Shown here piece after piece: positions 49,069-62,718 of a DNA stretch of 64,000 nucleotides. Location of the stretch: the NCBI RefSeq assembly GCF_037042905.1, contig NC_087251.1:23684001-23748000 (forward strand), in the 5' to 3' direction. The notes beneath the pieces were generated by a model that was not told the DNA's origin, did not search any database, and worked only from the letters and a program-made list of their open reading frames with translations. Numbering within the stretch: position 1 is the stretch's first letter; each line of letters opens with the position of its first letter. Origin of the DNA: Lytechinus pictus (taxonomy: Eukaryota). A program made the translations under genes and the position numbers.

Positions 49069-49297
49069 GGCCCGTATTCTCAAAAGGTTTCAATTGTACC
49101 ATGGTACAAAACCATGGATTATGCAGATTTATTTCATTAACGCTCTTCATTTTTAGCACACTGCCAAAAGCGCGCATTTAATTGGATTTACCTATTTGTA
49201 CGCGATGAAATAAGCGTAATTATGTAAAAAAAAAAAAAAGTTGCATAGTCCATGGTTTTGTACCATGGTACAATTGAAAGCTCTTGAGAATACAGGC
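49069..49297. mobile_element. Harbinger-like palindromic MITE
   Basis: GGCCCGTATTCTCAAAAGGTTTCAATTGTACCATGGTACAAAACCATGGA...TCCATGGTTTTGTACCATGGTACAATTGAAAGCTCTTGAGAATACAGGC. Confidence 0.78.
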
Positions 49298-50868
49298 TAT
49301 CATGATTATGTTCGGTATATCCTGTTAATCACCTCACATGGTGAAGTCATGATCTCTTTCTTTTGCCTGGTGATGCTCTTTAGTAGCCCAAAGAATATAT
49401 ATGATGGGACAACTTGTTAGCTATGTTCCAGGAATGTTACTTTATTGCAGATATTTCCAGTGCCTTGTTCATAATAACTTGGGTTGGCAAATTACAAATC
49501 CACTGTTTGAGAAAACTCACACATCTCTGAGTATGGACTGTTGAAGTGAAGGGTAGTCAAATTTAGAACAACCTTTAAATCACCAAATGAATCAAAGCTG
49601 AACATGTTAGTTTTGCTAGAATCAAATTCTAAGCCATGATGTTTATATAATCCCTCAAGCATGAAATTGTTTGTTTTGTTTTGCTTCATATAAATGGGTT
49701 GGAAAGAGGCAACCCTTGACAATTTGTAATTAAAACAAAAAGTCTTCACAAGTGGGACCATTTACCTGCAGCATGGGGTTGCATTAGACATCCCTACCCA
49801 CCATACACAAGTACATTAAAAACATTATGATCCATTGAGCCTGTATAGTAATGAAGATTAATGCCAAGTTTTCTTATCATGCATATGGATATTCAGGGGT
49901 TTCTACCTTGTACCTTATCTCATATAAAAAAAACATAAAATAAGACCGTATTGAATTATATGAACATCAAATTATAAAACGATAAATTATTTCAGAAAAT
50001 AACAAAATGTACAATAAAATCATGTATTGCCAACCCATTCTGCTATTGAAGCTCTGTACATTGAAGTCACAATTATGACTTGTTGGTCCTTTTTCAGTGG
50101 AAGGGCACAGAGAAACCCCAACTCCAACCACCACTCAAGCAGGTGATTCTTCCACCAAGACACCCGTAGCAAGCAAAAGACTGGCTCAATGTGTCCTCAG
50201 ATCACATCACCAGGAAAAAGCATAAACTTCCCTGTGACCAGAGGCCACTATTAGGGCTAAAACAGCTTTCTATCTTTGATCATCAACAATAAAAATATTT
50301 TTAAATGGGACAGATCTCTTTTGCCAGGCCAGGAGAAAAAGAGGAGAAATACAGCTAGGGTGGGAGAAATTTAAAATTAGAATTCTAGTAGGAAAAATGG
50401 GCTCAAAGCAGATCTTCTGCTGAAATAGCAAAGTTAGTGTCTTTAGGCACATATTCAATATACAGTACGTCAAAGGTATGACCCTGTATGAATACACTGA
50501 AGTTCATTGAATGAATAAAAACATCACATCTACCTATTTTGATCAACTGCAAATGATATAAAATCCATGTCTTAAAATGCAGTGATGATCTCTTTGGGTT
50601 TGCATTCTTGCTGATTTAATATCATCAACATCTTACAATATATATAACCCAGTATCAAATTTTCATACTTCCCAGCCTCCTTTCACTGCAAATTGATTAA
50701 CATGAAAATCTTGTCATAACAATTTTATAATGAAACGCTGTCCACAGCACATGACCATGTATCATCTTTCTGGTTTTCGTGGCAATTAGATGAATCATAA
50801 TAGAGTTGTGGAAATGGTGTTGACATCTTTGTTATCCTCCATTCTGAATCATGATCAGATTGATAATC

Positions 50869-53800
50869 TCAAAGCTTTGAAAACTCTGGCTTTGATTTTG
50901 CCATGCTTGCCATCACTGCCTTTACAAGGTCTTCACTCTGTAAATGGGCAGAGTTCCAAGTTGCCTAAAAGAAGATGAGAGAATGAAATCCATTATTAGA
51001 AAACAGTTTCTAAGATTGTTTATTGGACTTTATGCTTTTTAAACAAAGGTATTTGAATCAATATTGCATTTGTATTGATGTATTTCTAGAGACATTGTTT
51101 ATTCAATATCTGGCTGCAAATCTAGCTATCAACAATAACTAAAAATTCCTGGATGTAGCTTACAACGTTTGTACACTTGTATGACCCAGCAAATTCCAGT
51201 GGCTTGAAGGTAGAAATATAGCAAGAGGGACAACACAAGTAGTAAGTTTTACAATGATTTCTCCTCAAAATGTAAGAAGAGATTGAGAACACAGTGCGCA
51301 AACGGATGCGGCTAGACCAGCGCTAGCAACGTTAAGTACAAGTAGACTGAAAGTTGTTTGGTCATGTATCATTGAACAAAAAGAATTTCTAGTTCAGTGG
51401 ACAAAGTCACTCCACGTGCTACATTCCAGGAACTTTTTGTTATTTTCGATAGCAAGAATTGAGAAGGATGAGACTGTATTGCATGGTGATACAGAAAATG
51501 TCATGGATTTACAGTTCATCAGTTCTCATTCACTGATTCAAGTGATCATTTCACTTTGCTCTGATTTAAAAATTCTCATTTTGGTTCTTCTAAATTGGCT
51601 AAACATTAGGCTTACAGTGTAAAAACTCCATCCCAAAAGTTTCAAAGTATCATATCTACAGTACAGGAACTATCTTAAAACTTTGGAGATGTAAACCAAA
51701 GTTTGAAAATAATTGGGGCAGTGCGTACAGTGGAGCTAATAACGTTGCGTGCATACATACACACAGCAGAAGGCAGTCAACACAGCCAACATACTTTTGA
51801 ATTTGAGAAAACTGGGCATTTAAGCTGAATGCCTCTTACAGACGGTTCTCAAAATCAGGCTAATAAATTGCTACTTGTGTCTAAATTAGGGATTTTCATC
51901 CTATACTGTGGTCTGTTTCAGGGTTTTTTAGGACAAATACAAGCACTCATACACATGTTTTATCTTTCTTTGATAATTTTTTAAAATCAGCTGCTCACAA
52001 AGTGAATTGATCCCTTTAAAAGGACTTTGGGGTTTGGTTGCCATTTGGTGAGAAACTAAGAGATAAGCTAAAGCAAACAAATATGTGAGAAGACTCAAAT
52101 GGGGAAGGGAAGGGGGTCATAGATTTGTCTTTTATTTACACATGACTTTATGCACAACTTCACACACGTTTGGAACATGTTATTGCTAAATAATATATCA
52201 AATCAAAATTCCTTTCATCCTAATTTTGACAAAATTAGACAAGCAATTGAATTTGAATTCTATTGCTTGTTAACACCAGAATGTTCATGCATATTTCAAT
52301 TTTAGCTGAAGGGAATCAAAATTAGCACCCAAGAAAATGTTCTATTCATTTGCAAAGTCATTTGTAACTGTGCAAATTGCATATTTAGCCCCAGGTTTTA
52401 ATATTCAACACAGACTTACTGCATAGTCAAAGCTATCTGCTACACTATGATCCCTGCTGTAATTCATATGAACTTTAGTACCCTGGATGGCTACTGGACT
52501 CTTACTGGCGATAACTGCAGCTAGCTCCATAGCACCAGCCATCATAGCTTCTTGGTCTGGGTACAGTCGACTATTCATTGCCAAGTCATGGAACAATAAA
52601 TGAGAACAGGATATACTTATAGATTTCTGCATACACCCAGACTTGAAAACAATAAATGCATAAAGATCTTGAACTGCAGCAATGAAGTGTACATGATTTC
52701 TTAATCATAAATACTTTTTTTTTACAAATCAGAATGTAAAAAAAATATATGAAAGGGAAGAACAAGGATCCATTAAAGAACTAAAATTTATGGACAATTC
52801 AATCACATGTGATTATTCACTGGAATAAATCACAAATTCATTTTAAAATCTTTTCTTTCTTGACTCACATATCTCTAATTAGTAAGCAGTAAATATTCAT
52901 CAAATGATTTACTTATGCACTGATATTATTCCCCAAAACACATCAGTAAAATTAAATGAGGCCATGTTTTTAAACATGAAAAGGATCTAACCATTCTCAT
53001 TGATACTAATGTAATTAAACATAAAAAAAGTAAAAAGGTTAGAGATCAATTAACCAATATTCGAAGAAACTGTTCAATTGGAATCAAAAGAGGTAAATAC
53101 ACATGACCATAAAAACCAAGATAAAAATATACCATCAATTATACAATCAAATTAAATTATTCAGCACATGTAATAGTTTAGTCCTGTGCTTCATATCATC
53201 AGTTAAGATGAGTTTGTTTATTCTTGATTCAAGGCACCTTATTATGAGAAAAAATTCAGGGCCATTGGGTTACAGTTCAAATGTCTCACCTGACTAGACC
53301 TATTTCCTTGGCCTCTTTTGAATCAAATTTCCTTGCTGTAAAACAGAGCTCCCTGAGTAGACTGTCATTACCTGTTTTCGGTGGTAACCACTGAAGTACA
53401 CCTACATCAGCAGCTAGACCGAGTTCTGTTTCCTGTGCAAATAAATCAAACAACCCAGATAACAGGTGTATAATCATTTCAGTGATGGCAAGTCATAAGG
53501 AATTAAGCTTATAAAACAATATATTACAATTAGCCAATAGAATCATGGAATCATGACACGCTAGGTAATGATGACATGGGTTTGTTTTTGTAAACAAGTC
53601 TCAGAACCTCATCATTTTGCCTCTTTGTTTGCAAATCTTACAAAATGAATATCAAGTCTGAAGAAATTACAATTTTGTATACCGTATTAGCATATTTAGA
53701 TGAAGTAAAAATTTGCGCCCTTACATGTATATAAAAAAAACAGTCCCTAAATGGCGTAACCCCTGCATCGTCACACTAGCCAAGGATATCCTAAACGATG

Positions 53801-56800
53801 CATTAACCCAAGAAATTGCTCATACAACTTTTAACTTGGTACCCAAACCATAATATTATGACACTTGCGGCTGAGAAAACCCTCATTTTGAGGAAAACGC
53901 CAACAACGACTAAGGGCTCAAAACGGAATCTTTTCACATTTCAAACCTCTGCGCATTCATAGCAGAGGTTTGAGTTACCCTTCTTATTATTAAGTATTAT
54001 TTCGGTTATCCCATTAAGTATTATTTAAGTTTATCTCATTACCCTAATCATCATCGCCATGAATGTAACCACACTGATTGAAGTAAAGCAGCAAGATTAA
54101 TTGGTCAAGACTGTGCTCTTTTCAAATGTCTGTGATTTATACTAGTGTAATTGTAAAAAAAGGTACACAAGCATATTACACAACCCAAACATCTTATTCT
54201 TACAGCAATAGGGCATTGGAAATATGTGACCAAAGAGCTTCATGTGACCAAGCTATTGTAGTCTGTACCATGATAGATTAACAATGCATAAAGAAACAAC
54301 TCAAGGGCATAAAATATGATAAATTTCATAAATATATACGGTAGAGTGAACTTTGGCTTTGTTTACGTTGCTGAAGTAATTAGCAAATAATGATACTGTT
54401 GGTACCTACCTTTATTTGAAACCAGGCATCTTCAGTACAAATCCTGATATCACAACCAGAGATCATACAGAGTCCTCCTCCTAAACATCCTCCTTGAACA
54501 GCTGCAATTACTGGCTTAGGACACTATCAAGTGACAATAAATAATGACCAGTTAGTTGTCTTTCATTTCTGCATCACAGAAAATGTTGAAAGTTGGATCT
54601 AATAATCTTTTGTCATACAGCCTGCTTAAATCAATGAAAACTTATATCATAATATGTGCAGAACAATTCTTGAAAAAATTCTACAGTTCAATTCATGTAT
54701 CTATTATACACAAAGCTTTTACTGATCATTTAATAATATTTTTCTGCATTTCATTCATAATTTCACATTGATTGAATAATTTATCAATAATATGTGTGAA
54801 TATGTACAGTGGAACAATTTATTATATTTTTGGTTGATGTTATGCTGTTTAATGAAAGGTCAACTTAGCAACATGTGTCCGATCCAGTAAACATCACCTT
54901 ACTGAAAAGAAAATCATGATACAGTTCACCAAGATAAATTTCTGCTTATTACCAAATACATCAAGTGTGCACATTCTCATCAGAAGCATAAAGTATGCAC
55001 AAAGCTGTTTACATAAAATGATTATGTAAGATGTTTCAAAATATACCTAATGAAATGTTTCCAAACATTGGCTTGGAAATATTAAACATATACCAACTTT
55101 ACCAAGAACTGTTCATAGCAATAGTGACACCCATGTGGTTTCTTTGGTTAGGGGTGGCAGAAAAATGCTGCCTCGATATCCAAAAAAATATATCCATACC
55201 TTCAAATGACTTTTCAGAGTCTCAGTGTGTGAAATGTTGGCTACATTACCTACATGTGTATGACACTGAGCTAATAAATCATGTATAAAATATGAATGAT
55301 CCCAATTACCCGTAGGCACTATCTATTCCAAGAATTCCTTTAACCAGTTAACATTTAATTGCATACAGATTTTGATTAAATCTTTATTCGTAAGTGCTCA
55401 AGTTTAGTCTTTCATTCACAGCAATTTAATCAGAGGGAAGGTTATTCAAGCCCTCTCCACAGTAAAGATGAAGGCTATTGATGGATGCAGAAGGAATAAA
55501 TCAGAATCCTATGAATACCCTGTACCTGGAAATGGGCAAACCAGTTAAGAGAGAACAAATCTCGAATTGAAAATATAGGTATAATATCTCCCAATCTAAA
55601 ATCTTCCTATGAAAAGTAGGTATTCCATAGGTACCTGTAGGTGTCACATTTTAGTCAATCGAAAATGAATGAGCTTTCATTATTCAACTTAGCAACATTA
55701 GTATCTTTCTTCTATTTCTCCATTTTCCTTCCCTATCTAACCTATTAGAAATTAATCAAAACTGAGAGAGAACATTTGAAAACATGCATGTGGAAACAAC
55801 AATTTTGAGGTTTCTATCACATGACTTCCAGGTATCCAATAATCTCACCTGGGTCAAGAGTGGCATATATTGATCATTATCATGCTCAAAGACATGAGTG
55901 CCTCAGTAGGATTCAAACCCACAGTACCGTAGGATCTTTAATCTAAAGATATATCCAACAGGGTTCCCACAGAAATTTGAAAACAGAATTCCATGACTAA
56001 ATTGCTGCTTTCCAAGACTTCCTGTGATGTCCCCGGAGTTATATAGAATTTGGGATGTCACAAAACTGGGAAAAATTGAAATCATGAACACCAATTATAC
56101 TAGCAGAGTATGATTCCAGAGTATGAGAGCTGCAAGACACGACAAACTGGAAAGCTGCCATAGCAAAGAGGTAAATGCAATTTCATGACTTTTCCATTAC
56201 TTTTCACAAATTTTCCAGGATTTTCCATGACTGTGGGAACCCTGTCCAATATACCCTAACACTACTCATTATTCTTAACATCACGTCAGACTGACCTTCT
56301 CAATCACAAAGAAAGACTCTTGGTATTCCTTGATTTTTAGTCTGATCTTATTAGCAATTCGTGCAACATCAAGCTCACTTGATCCGGGAACAGCACCCTG
56401 CATCAATTCTGCATTATCTTGCAGATCAATACCTGCCAGAAAATATAGAAACCCTTCACAAATATTTCAAGCTTTACTTTATAGTATATCTATTAACTTA
56501 CTGAGCCTGGGCATTTGTCATGGCAACTTGTGCAAAATTTCATGGCAATGTACATTAGTTGGCTGCCATTTAAAGGCCAGTCAGTTTTTCATAACTATCA
56601 CAATAAAGTGATATTTAATATAATTAAAGTATGTTAAATAAGCCTACAATTAAACTATATTTAGTATGATTTCATGGACAGTGAAAGAGCTCCACATCAA
56701 TCGCCATTATAGGTATGTTCAAAACAGAAAAGAGACAAAGTAATGTGTAAATTAGAGTTTGATTTCTTACAAAACTATGTTTACTCTAAAATTTAAGTTT

Positions 56801-59800
56801 TTTTACTTTGTTAATCACTAAAATACAAATAAACAAAAATAATGTACTCAATCTGTTCAAATCTGATCAAAACAGGGAATAAGTCTTTTGCAGTTTTAAA
56901 CAAATTAAGATATTAACAATAGGCCTGTACACATTACACTGAATCCATTGTTATGCTAACTTTTCCTTGTATATGTGAGTGTTCATAATATTGAAAATAA
57001 AGAATATACATGAAGGGCTTGACACCTCAATGAAAGTGTAATAAATATGATCTTAGTCTAACTTATTGTGATTTTTAATCTCTACACAATACAAGAATGT
57101 TTTTCAAAAATATATGAAGAATTGAAGATTAGTATTTTCAAACTTACCAGCAGAAAATGTCTTGCCCGAACCAGTTAGTAGTACTACTCTGCAATCTTGG
57201 TCAGTTGCAATAGTATTAAAACATTCTACCATCTCCCTGAATAAGAAAATAAAATTGAGCAGTGTTATCCTTATGCTGATGTAATTATGAGTCTTTCCGA
57301 ATATACAATAATGTAAAGGTACATGTAAACTACTAAAAGTAAAAACTTCACAAAAGACAAACTTGATGCAGACCAGAGCTCAGTTTGACAGTACTACTAA
57401 TTACAGTAACTTAACCACTTCCATGGAATCCTTGATTTTAACCGGCTGTGGTACATTGTTTGATACCATTATAGCTAAGTCATCATTGATGCCAAAGCTG
57501 AAAAAAAAAAACAGGACATACAGTCCACCCACACATGATATCGAACAAGAAATCTCACTCTAATGCATGACCTGACCATTGTTAATATGCAACTGGGAAC
57601 TCAAAGTGCAATTCTAGTCACAACTGAATCTTTGCGAAACACCCCAAGATCTACATTCACATCTAACGAAGATTTATTCAATTTCATAAATTAAAAATCA
57701 AGCAGTCTTTAAACATCGACCTCATCCATAAGGTCTGAAGCAAGAGTCCAATATTTCACCAGATTGGTAAAATCCTCTGTAAGATTTAGAATTGATGAGA
57801 GATTGTCAAATATCAAAGCATGTTATTTTCTTTAATCTTTTTTTTCTTTTCTTTTATTATATGTTAATATGCCTTCATCTTATCTTCTCATCATTATTAG
57901 ATGAGGTTTCTCCAAGCTACATTTGTCCAGGTTGAAAAACACAAATCTACCAATTCAGTTTCTGCGGCAGATCTCCAAATGAGGAAGAAAACTTTTCACC
58001 AGCGGAATCTTTTTTGGGCCATTCCATGCTAGAAAAATCAGCTATTTTCGCAATATTTTTCAACCTATTCAATTTGTTTTGTGGTAATAATAGAGTACTA
58101 CTGGGTATACATATGAAAAAATGACAACCAAAAAAAATATGCTGTCCATGGGTGAATGAGAGGTGAAAATGTTGCGTGTCGTACGGGACATTTCTGAGTC
58201 CTTTTATGACACACAACATTTTCGCCCTTAATTCAGCCATAATCAAATATTTTTGTTGGTAATCAGTTTTTCACATTACTTCCATCTATAACTTTATTAT
58301 TGACCAAAAATAATTTTTCATTGCTCAAGCAATCAGCTAAGAGACTAGAAATTGTTGACAAAATGTCGCGTACGACACGTATAAAATTGCCTTTTTGGAG
58401 AAACAAGGATATTCTACCATTTTGGTTTATAATAACCTACTAGTACTATGGCTGAGAATAAACTTCAATTTTCTTTGAAAATTAGCAAACACCCCCCCCC
58501 CCCCAAAAAAAAACATTCAATGACGTTGATGCTAACAAAGCTGGTCATATGAAAGCTTACATTTAAACTGATGACGCCAGCTATGAGATTCATGTAGCTT
58601 TAAATATCACAGCAATTCCTCTGGAATAAGTTTTCTAATAGAGTAATAACATTTTGATTTTTAGTAAAGAATTTTCGCTATGCGTATACTATGTATATCA
58701 TTCTTTTTTTTAATCTTGTGAAATGCTATGTGTGAGATGGCTTAAACATCTTCAAATACGGTAACCCTAATCCTAAGATTAATTTAGATGATATCCAAAC
58801 CAATGAAGCTAAGTACGAGATAGCTTACATATCTTATACGAATAACCCTAATCCTAAGATTAATGTAGATTATATCCAAGCCCATGAAGCTAAGTGTGAG
58901 ATAGATTAAACATCTTTTACAAATAACCCTAATCCTAAGATTAATGTAGATGATATCCAAACCAATGAAGTTAAGTGTGAGATAGCTTACATATCTTTTA
59001 CAAATAACCCTAATCCTAGGATTAATATAGACGATATCCAAACCAATGAAGCTAAGTGTGAGATAGCCTAAACATCTTTAATCAATAACCTTAATACTAA
59101 GATTAATGTAGATGATATCCAAACCAATGAAGGCTTCCTAATTAAAGCCTAGACTGAAATAAAAAAAATACTGTTCCATTCTCAAATATTACATGCACAT
59201 GAAATGACAAATTCCATTCATATTAGACACTTCCTTCTGTGACAATTAAATTAAGGAACAATATTGAACTTTGACACCCTCATACAGAGCAAAATCTTTT
59301 TAAAATTTCTGCAGATGCTCTATGAAAACGCTTTAAGATTTTATTAAAAAGCTTACCTCCAAAATGCTCTGTTCATTGCATTACGTTTTTCTGGTCTGTT
59401 CACCTCAACCTTGTATATGAACTCTTGCGGATTAGTCACAGCAAGTGACTCAAAATTATATTTTGACAGCCCTTCGGAAGACATGCTTCTAGCGAGTGTT
59501 CTTCTAAGGCCGATCTTGGCTGAAATGATAATAAAGGAAACAATTTTCAAATGAAGTTTTCAATAACAAAAAATACAGTCAAGTCTACATAAAATTATTA
59601 GCACAAAGTATGAAGGTGAGTTCTATTACCAAAATAGAAACAGGGAATTCTTATACAAATACAATCATATACAGTGCATCTAAAAAAACCATACACTTTT
59701 GAAATGGCTGCCATACAAAAAATATATCACTTGTGGGCAAAATTTCTAAATATATGGAAAGCAAATAGAGTAAACTTTCATTTTCATACAACACCAAAAT

Positions 59801-62718
59801 CCAAAAAGTTTGAAAACTATTCATGCATGAGTGAGCAATTCCCACTTAAAGGTCAAGTTTACCCCAGAAAAAGGATGATTTGAATAAATAGAGAAAAATC
59901 CAACGAGCAAAACGTTAAAAATTTCATCAAAATCGGATGTAAAATAAGTTGACATTTTAAAGTTTCGCTTATTTTTCACAATATAGTTATATGCACATCT
60001 CAGTGACATGTAAATGAGACAGTCAATGATGTCCATCACTCACTATTTCTTTTGTTTTTATTGTTTGAATTATACAATATTTCATTTTTTTACAGATTTG
60101 ACAATAAGGACCAACTTGACTGAACCATAAGTATTAAAACAATGCTAATTCCACATGTTCAGGGAGGAATTAATCTTTGTTTCACTTGACAATGAGAAAA
60201 TTAGAATAGTTTGTATTTCATGTAATGAAATACAAAAGAAATAGTGAGTGGATGACTTCATCAGCCTCCTCATTTGCATACTGACCAGGATGTACACATA
60301 ACTGTTTTGTGAAATTAAGCAAAACTTTAAAATGTCATAACTTTCTTATTTTACATCCGATTTTGATGACATTTTCAGTGTTATGCTTGTTGGAATTTTC
60401 TCTTTTTATTCAAATCAACTAATGGTTGGGGTGGACTTGTCCTTTAAATAAAGGGTATGATAATTAGGCTGGGCAGGAATTAGCCTTCCTATTTCTTTCA
60501 GTTTTTGAGAGGCGATCCTTTGGAACTTGCAAAGTTGAGGGTTTGTGATGAATTAATGATCAATCGTGACCAGTTTGTTGTTTGAGAAAATTTCAAGAGC
60601 TATTATATTGAAATTTAATGCATGACTCCATGATTGAACTTGAATTGTACTTTTTTAGTGCAGCATTTTTACTTTTTCAGGTGGATCTCTGCAGTTTGTC
60701 CATGAGAGTCAGGAGAAAAAGGGTGAGATAGGACTTAAGAAGGTGTAGTAGGTTGATAGGATACAGGTCACCATAACATTTAGCCACCCCTCCCTTCCTC
60801 TCTTACCCCCCCCCCCCCCCCCCCTCCACTTCAACCCCCCTGAGAGACTAAGATTGACTAGGCTGGGTGGGAATTAACCTTCCAATTTTTTAGGTTAGTC
60901 CTTGGAACTTGAAAAGTTAAGGGTGTCATGCTAAATTAATGATCAATTGAGATAAGTTTTGGTTTTTTAAGCAAATTTCATGAGTTACTAAATTGAAATT
61001 TAATGCATGAGTGAACAGGAATCGTAATTATAGTGTACCATTTTAAAGGAGAATGAAACCCTTGAAACCAGCTGAATCCATATCAAAGAGAAAAATCAAA
61101 GAAACATATTGTTGAAAGTTTGAGGAAGATTGAATGAATAATAAGAAAGTTATGAGCATTTGAATATTGAGATCACTAATGCCATGTAGAACCTCCCATT
61201 GGCAATGCGACCAAGATCTGTGATGTCACACACGTACAACTCCCTCATTACTTTAGTAGTATTTCACTTATATTCTCACTTTTATAGAGTCTATCACAAG
61301 GTGAGGTGTTCTCTATATGAGAGGACAAGTACAGAGGTTTCACAAAATTATATCATTGATGAAACGTTTGTCATATGATTAGAATGAGCAAAAAGAGATG
61401 TTTTGGGGTATATTTTCAGTGTCCAAAAGGGGAGAGTTGTTCATCTGTGACATCAAAGATCTTGGTCACATTGCCAATGAGAGGATCTCCATAGCATTAG
61501 TGATCTCGACATTCAAATGCTCATAACTCTTCTATTGCTAGTCCTATTTTACTCAAACTTTTGTTGATCTTATTCTTTGATTTTTCTGCTTTCACAAAAG
61601 CTAACTTGCTCCAAGAGTTTCATTCTCCTTTAACTTTCTCTTGTGGACCTCAGCAGTGTGTTTATGAGAGTTAGAGTAATGTGATGGTACCTGTTGCAAG
61701 TAAAGGGATGAGAAAGGGTAATACATGGTTAAAAAGGGCATTACTCTTCTTTGTGTTCTTTTACAAATTACAAGTCATGTACCACCATCTCCATCCCCTC
61801 TCTCTCTCTCTCTCTTCCTGGATGGTATTCAAAACTTAACTGCCAAGTGACTGTTGTTGATGGGTAATTTTTTTTTTTCATTGAATGATTACTAAGAAAT
61901 TTACAGATTATGATGATTTATGAAATAATTTATTAAAAAAGGTGAATGTTTGATCACATTGGCATTTGATTTACTAATAAATTGTTGATTAAATGATTGA
62001 TAGGTAAAAGTTGATGCCCTAATTTTCAGAATTTATTATTAAATTGACAGTCTGCTCTGGACTTTATGGCTTATTATGCGAACATGTAAATAATGTAATA
62101 GCAATCAGTCTCAATCTCAACAGGAAGGGGGGAGGGGGTGGCTAAATGTTCTGTTGACCCTTGTCCAATCAACCTATTTCACCCACTATCTCACCCCTAA
62201 CCATGCATGCTAACCCCCTATTCTCCTGCGTGACTCCCATGAACCCCATTCTGATTCTGAGAACCATATTACATATATTGATAAGTTAAAATGCGTTAAT
62301 CATGTTAATGCTGCGCTAAAAACTGCAATTCATGTTCACTCGTACTCATGCATTAAATATTTTCTCAAACAACCAAAAATGATCACGACTGACCATTACT
62401 TTATCACAACACATAACACCAAAACCAGATTTCAACACCGTACTAAATTAGCTAGTAAGAGCAGCTACATGTAGCCTCGAAATGTGCCGCCGGTACAAGC
62501 CGGGGGAGCACCGGTCTGCGTGCTCGCTAGATCCAGTTCATGAGTTGGGTCGATCTTACACTCGTATTTTGAATTGATGTTGAACCCCCCACCCGAATGC
62601 TAACACTTAAAATAATCTCACAGATTAATGCCATTTTCTTTCCTTGAAATTTTCAATTAATCTTACTCAAGTTCCCTTTCCTGGCTGTTGACAGGATGAC
62701 TTTGGTGAGAGAATTCAT
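50869..62718 (-). CDS. ECH1: Delta(3,5)-Delta(2,4)-dienoyl-CoA isomerase (crotonase fold), 8 exons, 314 aa, N-terminal presequence and C-terminal PTS1 SKL
   Basis: Exons 62718-62667, 59519-59357, 57236-57148, 56432-56296, 54523-54410, 53432-53290, 52570-52420, 50964-50869 (945 nt, phases consistent). Motifs NRPEKRNAMNRAFWREM, FSAGIDL, CPKPVIAAVQGGCLGGG, CDIR, KETELGLAADVG, KSPVAIQGTK..NYSRDHSV, EFSKL*. Confidence 0.95.
55959..56244. mobile_element. Small MITE with CAGGGTTCCCACAG TIRs
   Basis: CAGGGTTCCCACAG...CTGTGGGAACCCTG flanked by TCCAA on both sides; internal TTTTCCATGAC-like repeats. Confidence 0.75.
58730..59131. repeat. 81-bp tandem repeat, about 5 copies, in ECH1 intron 2
   Basis: TAACCCTAATCCTAAGATTAATGTAGATGATATCCAAACCAATGAAGCTAAGTGTGAGATAG recurs at about 58761, 58843, 58924, 59005 and 59086. 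Confidence 0.92.
59846..60447. mobile_element. TTAA-flanked palindromic MITE (Kolobok-type), complete copy
   Basis: TTAAAGGTCAAGTTTACCCCAG...TTGGGGTGGACTTGTCCTTTAA; colinear with 47116-47705. Confidence 0.88.
61043..61633. mobile_element. TTAA-flanked palindromic MITE (Kolobok-type, another family)
   Basis: TTAAAGGAGAATGAAACCCTTG...CAAGAGTTTCATTCTCCTTTAA with arms of about 190 bp. Confidence 0.85.

Noticed and set aside
58784-59041. 85-aa ORF with 27-aa repeats
   Set aside because: A by-product of an 81-bp intronic tandem repeat, with no convincing splice sites fitting ECH1. The TAACCCTAA inside the unit is too short to call telomeric.
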